The position numbers and the translations under genes were made by a program. 64,000 nt of DNA from positions 1-64,000 of the forward strand of contig NIVC01002791.1 in assembly GCA_002269645.1 (NCBI GenBank), given 5' to 3'. This document shows, in pieces, positions 1 to 13,351 of this stretch. The notes beneath the pieces were generated by a model. The model ran no database searches. It saw only the letters and a list, made by a program, of their open reading frames with translations, and was not told where the DNA came from. The DNA comes from Macrostomum lignano. Lineage: Eukaryota. Each line of letters begins with the position of its first letter. Positions within the stretch are counted from its first letter, which is position 1.

Positions 1-1530
1 GCGCTGCAACTCGTACTCGCTAGTGTTGGACTGAATCTCTCGCACAAAAATGACACGGGACGGGTCAGCTCCTGGCGAGACGCCGCGCTTAATTCGCTTA
101 ACATCTGTGGACATTGTGTCGCTTTGTGGTCTTTTGCTAACAGCTTTGAAAACAAAAATTGTCTAAATAAACTATTAATAAAGCTTAATTCGTCTGCGCT
201 AAATAGTTACAGGTTGGTGTTGATAACAATGATTGCGAATGACAAGGGAAGCGACGCGAGTGAGAGAAGCAAATTTCAACTTGGAAATATGAATTTTTAC
301 GCAAAAAGGTGCGGATAGGGTGATGTGTGTATCAGTTGCAGATTTCAGCGGTTGAGTTTGATGTCACAGTTCAGCTCTCGGAGTGATTTTGAGCTTCAAG
401 TTCAGTTAGTCAAGGGCGAGAAACTCCACAGTAAATAGTGAGAGAGGATGAAAAGTTCAGTCTGAAATGGTAGTGAACACAGGGATGCCAAGGCAGTAGA
501 ACACGAATTGCAATGAGTTTTATTGTTAAAAACTTTGCCTTGCAAACAAAGTTGAAGAGATCAATGCAATACATAAGGCAATTTGATTGCATTAAGTTAG
601 AAGGAAATATGAAAATGATAAGGACAAGCAACATTTCAAACTATTAGTTTTGTTAAATATTTGTAATATGTCAAATTATACCTTTAATAGAATATAACCT
701 AAAAGCCAAAACCTAGTTATTTAAAGATAACAATAACAATTTAAAAGTAGAATCTATAAAAGAAAGTGTAATTTTATTGACTTTTCATAAATAACTCCAA
801 TAGCACTCCCTGAATTAAGTTGATTAATGCAGGTATTATATTTTAGAGTTAAGACTTAACAAAATAAGTGCTAGAACTTTCTTTAATGCTTTTAGAAAGT
901 TCTAGATTTATTAGGCCTATGGCCTAGCTTTTATCTATCATAATACTTTGGGTATGTTATAGAGTCCCTACAGACTGGACATCTACTTGTGACAGATGTC
1001 TATTCAAATGGCAAGATAATAAGATAATAATTTTTAGTCAATTGGTTATTTTAAAACTTTCTAATAAAAAATTTTATAAATCATATTGCTTTGTTATAAT
1101 AGATAATTTAACGATTTTTATCTTAAGATCAATTTTTTTTAATTTAATAACAAATAAGGATTTGCTAAGAAATAAAATTGCAATGGTAATTTTTGAATAG
1201 ACAAATGAGATAAATAAATCAAATATTAAGCATATATGATATACAAGCATTCTAGTCATTATTTAATTAGTGGTAAGAGTAGAGAGTAGCCTTTATTGGG
1301 CCCCAGAAATTTTTTAGGCTACACTATTTTAAAGGACTTGTAAACAAGACACAAATTATTTAATTTTTAGATTTTGCAAATTTAGGAATTGTATTAGAAA
1401 ATTGTTTTTTTAGGCTTAACACTAAACTTTTTAAGAATAAAACAACTATAAGCATAAATATTTACTAAACAATGTCTATAAAAATTTAACTGTTGCATAG
1501 TTTATTACCTCTAATATCTATTACCTAAAG

Positions 1531-1780
1531 CAAGGGTTAGAAAACTCTAGTTTGCAGGTGACCATGCAGCCTACAAAGCTTCTATCTTGCCCTTGGGTCC
1601 TTTGAAACTCCACAAAAGCAATCTAATCTACTCAAATGTTGTTGTTTTATCTTGGCTTTTTGCTTTCTAATATTTTATATAATCTTTTTTCCTTTATTTT
1701 CTTACCTTGCCTTTCTCTATTCCTTCTCCTTTCTTCCTATCCTATTTGCCCTATGAGATAAAAAAGTTTGCCAACCCCTA
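1531..1780. mobile_element. Heavily transition-mutated hAT-type MITE
   Basis: Ends CAAGGGTTAGAAAACT and AAAAAGTTTGCCAACCCCTA resemble the common hAT MITE termini CAGGGGTCGGCAAAC / GTTTGCCGACCCCTG with G>A and C>T changes. The 8-bp flanks ACCTAAAG (1523-1530) and GCTTAAAG (1781-1788) differ only by two transitions, consistent with a TSD. Confidence 0.6.
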
Positions 1781-3079
1781 GCTTAAAGTAATGAGATTGA
1801 GCAAATCCAATACAAAAACAAAAAGAATATGAACTTAAAAGTCAAAACAGAGCCCATAACATTTGGTATTGATACTGATTTTTCTTCCAATATGCAAAAA
1901 TGATGTTTATCACTTTCTAACTCAAAATGTTAGGTCAATATCTACTTTATCAAGGTAGAAATTGTCTATCTAAAATTTGTGATTCAAATCTCCCTTGATA
2001 CTATTTAAATATAATTAAGAGATTAAGAGAAAATAATTAAGAGATAATATAATTGAGATATAACATAATATCATTATCACTTTTATTTTCTATACAAACA
2101 AATTAAAAGATCATTCATTATGATTTTCTTGTCATTTAAGCATTTGACATTTTAAATAAAAGGATTGGTATAGAAAAATTAGGACTTAATATATTGGGCT
2201 CCATTTTGATACTTGGGCTTTAATATTAGATTTAAAAGGATCTAAGCCTAGGTTAATTACAATAAAGTTACATTTTTAAAAAATGGCTTAGATATTTTGG
2301 CATACTGTATAATTTTTTTGTATATACCATTTTTGTCATAGGCCCCTATCTTTACAAATATTGATATACAAACTATACAAATTTTGGAATTTTGATAGAA
2401 TTTTGATAGAAATAAAATGTATAATATAAATAATTAAAAAAATTCTTATATAAAGTAAAGATTTATTTCTATACTTTAAAAAGTCAATACTATAATTTTT
2501 ATTCTTTACAATTAACAATGAAAACTATTTTTGTCTAGGCTAGGGCCTAGGCTTATTGTTTATGTTTTTTAAGTTTTTTATTTTAAACTTTTTAGTTTAG
2601 ACTAGGTCTATTTGTTTAGGCTTTAGTAGACAAATATATAGAAAAAAATAGTCTAATAAGCTTATCTATTTAGGATTATATTTTTAATGACATGGCATTT
2701 TAAATCTAGTGCATTGTTAAACTTAAATAAAATATAGCCATAGGCTTAATTCATATAGCTTTGGCTAATCAGTTTTTATCAACATTAATTCAATGTTAAA
2801 ATGTATACAAAGGATCTAGCAAAAATGGGGTGGCTACACATTGGACTAGACAAGAAGCAAAATCCTGAATAAGATAGTTGACCAAAGACCAAAAGGTAAA
2901 GGCATAAGATAGGTCTAAATAAACAAATTATTATATAATATCATACTATTTTTTTTAGTTTATTATTTAATATATATTAGTCATATACATTTTACATCAG
3001 TTTAATGTTAAGAAAAACCAATTAGCCAAAGTTATTTGCATCAAAATTAAAAAAATTAATTCATTTTACTAGTAACCAG

Positions 3080-3790
3080 TCATTTTGCCCATAAACCGCT
3101 TCAGCCATGGAAATTCCCCCCCCCCCAGACCATTTTGCCTACAGACTGTTTTAGCCATGGACCATTTCACCTCCAATTTGGACCAGGGTTGAAATGAACA
3201 TGCGCACGATGATACAATTTATTATAAGCAAGGTTTAATAGTAGCCTCCCCCACTCTAGGGCTTAAACACAACAATCTATATATTAATGTATACTAAAAT
3301 CACGATAGAGCAGAGATGTGCAAATTGAGCGTGAGCCGCGGACCATGAGCACATGTATTGCATTATTGGCTAATGTTTATACTTTATCACGGTTTTATGC
3401 TTTGTGCTTTAATTGACTGAGAAATATTTTCTTACTCTCTGATTGTACAAATTGGTTTAAATAATTGATGCACTTTTGAAAAGGAATGACTTTAAAAAAA
3501 CTCGTAATTTGATTCTCAATTCTAATAAACAAAATTGCAATAACACAATTGTTGTGGCAACAATTCAGATCATATTTTATTACAAATTAAAACTAAAAAT
3601 TAGCATTGAAAAAAGAAATAAAGATACATGTATGGCTGTATCTCTAAAATACATAATCACCATTTTGGCCAAAAGGCCTGAAATGCCTGTTGCCAAACTG
3701 GTTTATAGGCTAAACGGTCTATGGGCGAAATGGTCTAGGGGCAAAATGTACATGGCCATAATGGTTTGGGGGCGAAACAATCGGAATTCA
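3080..3790. mobile_element. Degenerate MITE-like element with inverted subterminal motif clusters
   Basis: CATTTTGCCC/GACCATTT motifs at 3080-3180 face reverse-complementary GGGCGAAATGGTC/GGGGCAAAATG motifs at 3660-3780. No clean TSD was found. Confidence 0.35.
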
Positions 3791-4338
3791 TTTTACTTAG
3801 GCCTAATATTAATAGACCCTAGTAGGCCTACAATAGGCCCTAATTAATAGGGCCTACTAGGCCCCTATTAGAATGTGCTTAATTAGAAATTATGTCAAAA
3901 AGTTGCAATTTTATGTTAGCAACTCTAGTAGGCCTAGGCTAATAGCCAGTTTCATGTTAGCTAGCACTAGGCTCTTCTATAAAAATATATAAATCTTTTC
4001 TAAGCCTGGGGCTTAGGCGTAAGCCTTGCTTGTTGCTTTGAATTATACTGCTAAACTAGTAGGTTTTTTAATTAAAATTTTTATGCCATTTGGCATAATG
4101 ATTTTCAATTTGACATGCCATTAGCATAAATGTAAAATAGCACTTTGTGAATTGTGAGCCTATATTAAGCCTTAGTGTTTCCTTTCAGATTCAGATAGGC
4201 CATCTGATGGGATAGGAGTGATAATAGCTTGCCAGTTTGGCAAATTTAGAAGCAAAAATGAAATTTGGAATTGGGGATTTAGCATTGGCAATTCGGCAAT
4301 GGCATAATGGCATCAAAATCATTATGCCATTTTTAATT

Positions 4339-4948
4339 GGCAGTGCTTATTCCCACGGTACCGTAGGAATAATTTCTGTCTTATTCCAATGGTACCGTAG
4401 GGATAATTTTCTGCTTAGGCCTATCCGCATGACACACTGACGAGATAGTTGCCCTATCTTCTACATATGCCGTGGGATGGTGGGAATAATTTAGTACTTA
4501 TGGTTTAAGTGCAGTATAACAACATAACTTTGCTTGGCCATTAGTTTAAGAGAAGTAAAGATTTAATTGCCTTTTTATGCAAAAACACTTTTTTGTATTT
4601 ATGACATATGATTTAAGGTAAACTGCTTTAGTAATTGTTTATAATTTGAATTTTTAGCAAAGTATAATCCGGAGATCATACCGAAAAGTGCATTGATGCT
4701 TCTGTTGTAGACTTCTACTAGACATGTAAATTAGCAATTTGTTTGTATAGATTATTGCATTGCTTCAACAATTCACCCTATCTCGTCAGTGTGCCGTGCG
4801 GATAAGCAGAAAATTATCCCCACGGCATATGTAGAAGATGGGGCAGCTATCTCATCAGTGTGCCGTGCGGATAAGCAGAAAATTATTCCCACGGTACCGT
4901 TGGAATAAGACAAATTATTCCTATGGTACCGTGGGGATAAGCACTGCC
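4339..4948. mobile_element. Mutator-like MITE (~610 bp)
   Basis: Long TIRs of about 135 bp (GGCAGTGCTTATTCCCACGGTACCGT... at 4339 vs ...ACCGTGGGGATAAGCACTGCC ending 4948) and a perfect 9-bp TSD TTTTTAATT (4330-4338, 4949-4957). A 9-bp TSD with long TIRs is typical of MULEs. Confidence 0.85.
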
Positions 4949-6050
4949 TTTTTAATTTTGACATGTCATACATGCCTATGACACAAAAAACCTAGCTGCT
5001 AAAGCATATTACTAGGCCTAAGGCTTTAGGTCTTATAGAACAAAACTAAATCTCAACGAAGGTCTAGTATAATATTATATGCTACGCCCAGGCCTATATG
5101 AAGACACAGTTACAAAGTCAAAATGAACCAACAAACTAACTAGGCTAATCCTCTTGAGATACATACCGCTATAAATTATACGGGCTCACTGGCTTTGGTA
5201 ATCTAAAATAACTAAATCTCTAAGGTTTGTATGCTTGAATGCTTGTCCATCTAAATATAATAAATCTCTAAATCGCTCTAATGTTAGTTAGGCCCTAGTT
5301 TGTTTGTGTTTGTTCATAACGCTCAAGTAAAAATACTAAAATTGATACTTTTTAAAACTGTCACAATAGTTTGGTCAGACTCTGTTACTTCAAGAAAACA
5401 AAGTTGATGCCCTAAATGACTGTCTTTTGATTTCAACTTTAGTTTTAGTAGCTCAAGCGTATTTTAAAACATTTTTTTAGAATTTCAATTTTACTGCTCT
5501 GCTCGTATATAATTACACCTATTAGCTCTTTTGTTTACGCTAGGTCGACGAGAAAATTTAAATAATTAATTCATGGTCTATTGATGAACTCCACTGGTTT
5601 CCAGTTATGCATTATTTCTCATTAGAATAGAAAAAGCACATGTACATACATAAACACGTCGTATTTTAATAAATGTAAGGAAAATGCTATATGCGCTGGT
5701 ACATGAATGGGCACAGGAATTTACTGCATCAGGCCAATTTGAACCATATACTTAGCTTCTAAGAGTGTTCTATATCTATATATGTGATGTACTTTAACGT
5801 ACCACATTTTAAACAACATATTACATGTTGTATGTATAGCCTGCATGTACACCGACAGGTCAATGTCCAAATTTTATGCCAACACATCACATGGGTTGCA
5901 TGAAGTACGTACAGTTATAAAAACATTTTGAAATGATATGAAATTTTCTTGTTCTTCGTGTAACAAGGAAACAACGAAACAAGGGTTTCCAACCACTGGT
6001 ATGCATGTTGTAAAAAAGCCGATCTGAACAATTAGCTCTCACGTTTCATT

Positions 6051-8540
6051 TTACAAGTAATTGTTGCTCAATCGTTCACCTAAGCGTCCCAATCGAGCCA
6101 AATCCACATAGGTGAGAGTATTATGCAGAGTAATGTGCCTATAGGCGTCTGGCAGGCCTACAGTAAGCCGATCGCCCTCCCGAAGCTCTTCTAGCATGCT
6201 GACTGAGCAGCCGGAGCCCCTGCTGCTTGTTGAGTTTATAGCGCAGGCGCGTCGGACTTTGTTATTGACAGACAGCACCAGGTTGGCTGGCGTTGACAGG
6301 CTGTCAACGAGCACAGTCTGTGAGTTGTAGGAATTAAAGTCCGTGACATATCAATCTTGATGTTTGAGCTTTTGAAATCTCGATTTTTGCACTAATTTTT
6401 TACGAGCTCAAGGCTTTCAAGGCTACTTGAATTGTAAGTTCAGAATTGTTTAACAGACCTGAGACCCCAACTACGAGTACATATAGTAAACAACAAATAC
6501 GAGTGTACTAGAATCAAGAAACTATCACCTGAGCCACCACCAGGTAGACACCGTGCTCAGGTATGATGATCTCTTTGCCGTCGCCATGCGCAGGGCAGCG
6601 CCGATCAGGGGCAGCGTCACCGGTGCAGTTCCAGGGACCCAGAGGGCCTGTACGTGGTGAGCGGTTTTTGCATGGTTTACCGATTTCAGAATTCATGCAC
6701 TTTGATAGATTGTTTTATTTTGTCACTGAAATTCTGTACATACAGTAGGTTAATGAAACGTTATTGTGCATCACCGAACTAAATGGCTAAATTGCTGCCA
6801 CTAGTGCAGCGTATAGTACTTTCAAAGTTAAGGAAATCGTAGAAAGTTTTCTATCTTGTGTAACTGTCCTTAGCAAGTAAACTATCCGAGCCTTCAAAAT
6901 CCAAGCTCAAAAAAGTTCCTACAAATTAAGTGTCCCGTCTATATCAAAACTTCTTCGGGTTGCTAATGTTGCCCTGAAAATGGCTGCGTTTTAATTGATG
7001 CTAAATGATTATACCCTAAATACACGATGTACTTTTACAGCAATAAATCAGTAGTGTCTGCATACCGGATGAAGTAACGTAGTCGCCATTCTTCATCAGG
7101 CAGGGCAACTGGCTGATGCCTACTGCAGTTTTGTCAGCTGGACAGGACGGCAGCTTCAGTGATTTGGTGTCGATAGCCAGGTGGGATACCTTGCGGATAA
7201 ATTATTGGATAAGTCAAAATTAATTACCAGGAAATAAAGCAAAAGTAATATTAGGTGCTTTTTCCATAAGTCTCTCTCGCACGTGTACTTACAATATGTC
7301 AGGCTGCTAGGCGCATAAAAATATTTTCTTAGAAACTCAGACTAAGACTCTCAGACCCATAGATGATCTCACAAAGACTTCCCCAATCCAGACCCAACGA
7401 TCTCACAAAGACTTCCCGATCCAGAGCCAGGATCTCACAAAGACTTCCCCGATCCAGAGACACAATCTTCCAAAGACTTCCCCAATCCAGAGTCACGATA
7501 AAGACTTCCCCAATCCAGAGTCACGAAAGACTTCCCCAATCCAGAGTCACGATAAAGACTTCTCCAATCCAGAGTCACGATAAAGACTTCCCCAATCCAG
7601 AGTCACGATAAAGACTTCCCCAATCCAGAGTCACGATAAAGACTTCCCCTATCCAGAGCCACGATATCACAAAGACTTCCCCGATCTAGACCCAACAAGG
7701 TGTCCCTAAGGTGGATCCCTGTTCCCTGGGCACTCGGGCCACCTCTCTAAGGTTGGCCGATCGCCTGGCCACGGCTAGCTCGACCGGGTCTTTTTCCACC
7801 AACTCCATCGTCATTGTCACAACTGCGTGGCTTCAAAGCACAGGGAGAGGTGGGCTAATGCCCCCAACTGCCGGCAATCCCGCGCCTTCCTTCGCCCTCC
7901 ACAGGACCCTACTTGGACTCAACCGCCGGGACATCAGGGCAGGTAACCATGGCCGTCTAAGGTGACGAGGACTGCTTCGCTAGGCACCGCTACCTCTCGA
8001 GGGAATCAGCCTCTCCGGCGTCGAGAATGCGGAGTACTTCATCTGTGACAGCCCCTTGTCTGCTAGCTACCGAGCGAGTGACCAATTTAACATCCTGGAT
8101 TCTACAGAGGAGGACTGCGCAGTGGATACCGGCACCACCGGATCTCCTGGCCCGAGCTGCCCGTGGTCCCCAGAGGTTAGCGAAATAGGCGGTGACACCT
8201 CCCCGCTAAATACGGACGCCCGGAGCCCCCTGACAACACTTGAGCCGTCCTCATGGCTTGATTACCTACGCAGGGTCACATTAATTTATGGCTCTAGTAA
8301 GTATAAAAAACTGGCCAGATCCTTGTCATGCGATTCACTCCCAAAGAAGGCCAAAACCCTCAAGGAACAGAGCACCCAAGCGCTCACAAAGTGGCCCCGC
8401 CGTTGCTCCTCGTACAGGCTGCTTAAGGTGACGGAGAAGAGCGCGGTAAACATCGCCAAGATGATCAAGTTGACGGCGGCTCCTCCCAAGCCAGTCTGAT
8501 CTTCCAATAGTCGCCGCCTCTTCGCTGTCCAGCATAAGAG
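6051..8540 (-). CDS. TNF-superfamily ligand-like type II membrane protein (spliced; 5' exon not located)
   Basis: Phase-consistent GT-AG exons 8388-8540, 7066-7189, 6529-6647 and 6051-6317. They encode KRRR + a hydrophobic segment (AAVNLIILAMFTALFSVTL), then VSHLAID...W...DGKEIIIPEHGVYLVVAQ...LEELREGDRLTV...TYVDLARL. This matches TNF-homology-domain motifs (aHL, W, G-x-L-x-I-P-x-x-G-x-Y-x-V-x-x-Q, L-x-x-GD-x-L-x-V). A possible further exon lies at 10056-10091. Confidence 0.6.
7365..7695. repeat. Intronic minisatellite, ~28-bp unit GACTTCCCCAATCCAGAGTCACGATAAA
   Basis: About 12 tandem copies, with degenerate edges. Confidence 0.9.
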
Positions 8541-10179
8541 CTGGAATGGTCGACGCCGAACTCACTGAACGAATATCGAACTGAATTGTGCATTGTTGCG
8601 GAGAAACATGAAGTTCTCTTTTTTATAAGCTGGGGGCTTTAGATTTCAAGTTTCGATATACATGTATACGCTTATATAAATTCATTTAAACGCCACCAAA
8701 TACAATTACTCTGACCGAATGTCTAAATATAGAAATGAAAAGCGAGCAATTATTAAACTTCGGTCTCAGTCTTGAGTAATTGTGTGCTTGAAAAAGCTCA
8801 CAATATACTGGCTGGTGTACACAAAACCAAACCACCCAGACATGTGCAACAACAAAATCTGTGTTGTACAGTTGCAGTGTCAAACAGACGCAACCTGCTG
8901 TACTGTACATCTTAGGGTAGGTGTTCTATTTCATTTTTATGAAAGGCTCATGATATATGTATCATGTAAATATATATGTGCATATGTAAATATACGCGTA
9001 GGAGGTTTTCATTTTTCAGCACAAAAAATTGTTATTGCTTTTGATAGTATCTAGAAGGGAGACCCAGTGTTCATCTTTTGATGTCTTGCCTTTCCTATAC
9101 TCGTACATTGCAGCTATAGAAAATTAGGATTCTATTCATACGAGTATGCTGATTATTGGGCATAAGAAATGTACATAGGATAATAAAATTAACATAGTAT
9201 CTTAATTTTCTAAACTAAAGTTCTATGAATATCGATAGAGCTATGAGAAAGGCAAGACATGCTAAAAGATCGAGTATCTCTCCGTAATGTATTTTTCTCT
9301 AAAGCCAGCCTCCGAAAATTTTCCGAGAAACGTAGTGTCCTGTCCTTCTACTTAAGTAGTCATTGGTAAAGTTATGTGCTACTGCAGACAAACACTGCAT
9401 GATCGTCTCTTCATAGAATTTCTGAATTTCTCAGGCTTCAGTCAACACACAAAACAGCACATGCTCCCCGAAGTCTTATAACGTTAACAATCTCTATTTT
9501 TAGCAACAGGAATCAGCACCCCATGAAGTAGGCGAAGTACATGTACTGTCCTGTCTCATAGTATGGGGGAATATCGATCAAAAGAATCGATCCGTGATCT
9601 AGTGGCCAACAGGTTTAAAAGATATTCTGTAATCTTTCTATTGCAACGAAGTTTATTACGAGTAAATTGGTAAGAAAATCTCATATATTTACGCATGAAA
9701 TTTGATCAACAATCGCATTTAATGTACAGTCAGATTTTTTGTTAATTCGAAACAGAACTCTATAATAGCGAGTATAACAAAACAGGAAAACGAAAGCTTT
9801 GTACAAGTGTTCATTTGATAATTAATAATTTTAGAAAAATCGCAAAGTAAAAATGAATGCATCAAATTATAACAAATGATGATTTTAGCTCAACGGGTTG
9901 AAAGAGACAAAATTCGATAACCTATATGCTTTTATAGAAACTGGCGGATTTTGAATACGCACACAGGATCAGTAGATTATTTTGCTAACACAACTGACTC
10001 CATGTGTACTTTGATACAAGCCATTACAGTAGCTCAAACACATATCTAGACTTACAGTGCAGGTAACTCTGTCTGAGTCATCACGCGAGGCCTGAAAATC
10101 GGAGTCCAGACCATAGCAGATAAGGTTGTGAGCGTTCTATGTCAGCTGCAGAGCAAGCCTAGGAATGAAAACCTGATTT

Positions 10180-12010
10180 CTACAGTAACAACCTTCTGAT
10201 TACTACAGTAACAACCTTCTGATTGCTACAGTAACAACCTTCTGATTGCTACAGTAACAACCTTCTGATTGCTACAGTAACAAACTTCTGATTACTACAG
10301 TAACAACCTGATTGCTACAGTAACAACCTGATTGCTACAGTAACAACCTGATTGCTACAGTAACAACCTGATTGCTACAGTAACAACCTTCAGATTGCTA
10401 CAGTAACAACCTGATTGCTACAGTAACAGCCTTCAGATTGCTACAGTAACAACCTGATTGCTACAGTAACAACCTGATTGCTACAGTAACAACCTGATTG
10501 CTACAGTAACAACCTGATTGCTACAGTAACAACCTTCTGATTGCTACAGTAACAAACTTCTGATTACTACAGTAACAACCTGATTGCTACAGTAACAACC
10601 TTCAGATTGCTACAGTAACAACCTGATTGCTACAGTAACAGCCTTCAGATTGCTACAGTAACAACCTGATTGCTACAGTAACAACCTTCAGATTGCTACA
10701 GTAACAACCTGATTGCTACAGTAACAACCTTCTGACTGCTGCAGTAACAACCTGATTGCTACAGTAACAACCTGATTGCTACAGTAACAACCTTCAGATT
10801 GCTACAGTAACAACCTGATTGCTACAGTAACAGCCTTCAGATTGCTACAGTAACAACCTGATTGCTACAGTAACAACCTGATTGCTACAGTAACAACCTG
10901 ATTGCTACAGTAACAACCTTCTGATTGCTACAGTAACAAACTTCTGATTACTACAGTAACAACCTGATTGCTACAGTAACAACCTTCAGATTGCTACAGT
11001 AACAACCTGATTGCTACAGTAACAGCCTTCAGATTGCTACAGTAACAACCTGATTGCTACAGTAACAACCTTCAGATTGCTACAGTAACAACCTGATTGC
11101 TACAGTAACAACCTTCTGACTGCTGCAGTAACAACCTGATTGCTACAGTAACAACCTGATTGCTACAGTAACAGCCTTCAGATTGCTACAGTAACAACCT
11201 GATTGCTACAGTAACAACCTGATTGCTACAGTAACAGCCTTCAGATTGCTACAGTAACAACCTGATTGCTACAGTAACAGCCTTCAGATTGCTACAGTAA
11301 CAACCTGATTGCTACAGTAACAACCTGATTGCTACAGTAACAGCCTTCAGATTGCTACAGTAACAACCTGATTGCTACAGTAACAGCCTTCAGATTGCTA
11401 CAGTAACAACCTGATTGCTACAGTAACAACCTGATTGCTACAGTAACAGCCTTCAGATTGCTACAGTAACAACCTGATTGCTACAGTAACAACCTGATTG
11501 CTACAGTAACAGCCTTCAGATTGCTGCAGTAACAACCTGATTGCTACAGTAACAACCTGATTGCTACAGTAACAGCCTTCAGATTGCTACAGTAACAACC
11601 TGATTGCTACAGTAACAACCTGATTGCTACAGTAACAGCCTTCAGATTGCTACAGTAACAACCTGATTGCTACAGTAACAGCCTTCAGATTGCTACAGTA
11701 ACAACCTGATTGCTACAGTAACAACCTGATTGCTACAGTAACAACCTGATTGCTACAGTAACAGCCTTCAGATTGCTGCAGTAACAACCTGATTGCTACA
11801 GTAACAACCTGATTGCTACAGTAACAGCCTTCAGATTGCTACAGTAACAACCTGATTGCTACAGTAACAACCTGATTGCTACAGTAACAGCCTTCAGATT
11901 GCTACAGTAACAACCTGATTGCTACAGTAACAGCCTTCAGATTGCTACAGTAACAACCTGATTGCTACAGTAACAACCTGATTGCTACAGTAACAACCTT
12001 CTGACTGCTG
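10180..12010. repeat. Minisatellite of mixed 20-bp (CTACAGTAACAACCTGATTG) and 23-bp (CTACAGTAACAGCCTTCAGATTG) units
   Basis: About 1.8 kb array. Rare variants recur with a 384-bp period (10551/10935, 10731/11115). Confidence 0.97.
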
Positions 12011-12115
12011 CATGCAGTCCTTCCGAGCAGCAGCATAACCCATGAGGTCTTCAAACGCCCTACCACTGAGCCATTGCACCTCGGGTACAATTTTCACACG
12101 GTATCAACGATGCCG

Positions 12116-12820
12116 CTAGGGCTTCAACAGCAGCGCTTCGACTCCGGGGAACCGCACGCTGGCCTCCAGCACGGCCACCCGAAGCCGGTGCAGCTCTTCG
12201 CGCACATCGGCGAGCTCCTCCTCGGCCTGGCAGCGTCGCAGCTCCCGCCGGCGTTGACTTGCCCGACTGTTTGCCACAGCCGGCTGGTGCGAGCGCAGCC
12301 TCCGCAGCTGCTGCATCAGGCAGGCGTTCTCAGCCCGGAGTTCCTCGCATGCGTGCGCCAGAGCCGAGGCCAGCTCCCGATAGTCCTCGCCGATGCTCAG
12401 GCTGCGTCTCCGTGTCTGCAGGCCGCCGCCGTCGCGGCCGTGACAGCAGGCGGCCGACGATGGCGTCGACTGGTTGGTGCAGTCGCTCTTCGGCCGCTTG
12501 ACCGCCGCTGACTTCCTGCTGGCCATCTCGGCCACCTCCTTCTGCATCTTGTCCAGCGTGTCCACCAGGCAGCGCACCCGGTGCCCATGCTCCGCCTCCG
12601 CCGACCTCAGCCGCTGCCGGAGCCGCTGGTTCTCGGCGTGCAGCTCGCGGACAAGCTCGTCCAAGGCGTCCTCGCAGCCGCGACCGGCGCTGACGCCGCC
12701 GCCGCTGTCGGTGCTGGACTGTCGCTTGGGCAGATGCGGGTTCGGCAGCAGCAGCTGCGGTTGCGGCTCAGCGTACAGCTTCGTGAGCTCCGCTGTCAGC
12801 TCGTCTACATCTGGATCCAT
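12116..12820 (-). CDS. Intronless coiled-coil protein, 234 aa, unknown function
   Basis: ATG-initiated ORF with strong GC3 bias and heptad-rich segments (LDELVRELHAENQRLRQRL, LAHACEELRAENACLMQQLRRL, EEELADVREELHRLRVAVLE). An AG acceptor lies shortly upstream of the ATG. Confidence 0.75.
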   Translation of the reverse strand: MDPDVDELTAELTKLYAEPQPQLLLPNPHLPKRQSSTDSGGGVSAGRGCEDALDELVRELHAENQRLRQRLRSAEAEHGHRVRCLVDTLDKMQKEVAEMASRKSAAVKRPKSDCTNQSTPSSAACCHGRDGGGLQTRRRSLSIGEDYRELASALAHACEELRAENACLMQQLRRLRSHQPAVANSRASQRRRELRRCQAEEELADVREELHRLRVAVLEASVRFPGVEALLLKP

Positions 12821-13351
12821 TGCTGTCCGTCTGTAGCTGCCAAATGTGTATTGCTCTGCTGGTCCACTCGGGAGAGTGGTGAGCTATTTAAATAAAGTGC
12901 TCATTCCTCCCCTCATCCGACCGCAGTTCATGGCTTAGTCAGCGAGAACCGGCCGTCTTGCCGTCTTGGTGTACACCGAGTGGGAGGGGGGCAGGGCGGA
13001 GTGGCCTTATCTGCCCCTGTCTGTCTCTCCACTCTGCCCATTCCGCGGATCGATCTTCCGTCTCTCCCTGTCTCTCCACTCCTTGCTTAAAGTCGGTTGG
13101 CCTGCTGAATTTTCTCTCAAGCCATCCCGCGAGAGAGAGCGATCCCCTGTGTGGGATAAAAGAAGACGTACGCTAATCCCCACTGCTCTGAGTATAGCCT
13201 AGGGAGGAAGGGAAAATAACTCAGCTTTACTTTGGGAAGAAGATGACAGGCGTGACTCACACAGCCCAGCTGAGCTGACCGCCCAGAGCTAATGCAATAA
13301 CAAGTACGCAAAGAAGTTACTCAATGCCTCAGTAATTGCTTCTGATAAGTC

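Noticed and set aside
8056-8499. 147-aa plus-strand ORF with a faint piggyBac-like stretch
   Set aside because: Its 3' half is antisense to the TM exon of the TNF-like gene and the motif match is weak; 7700-8300 remains an unassigned GC-rich intronic segment.
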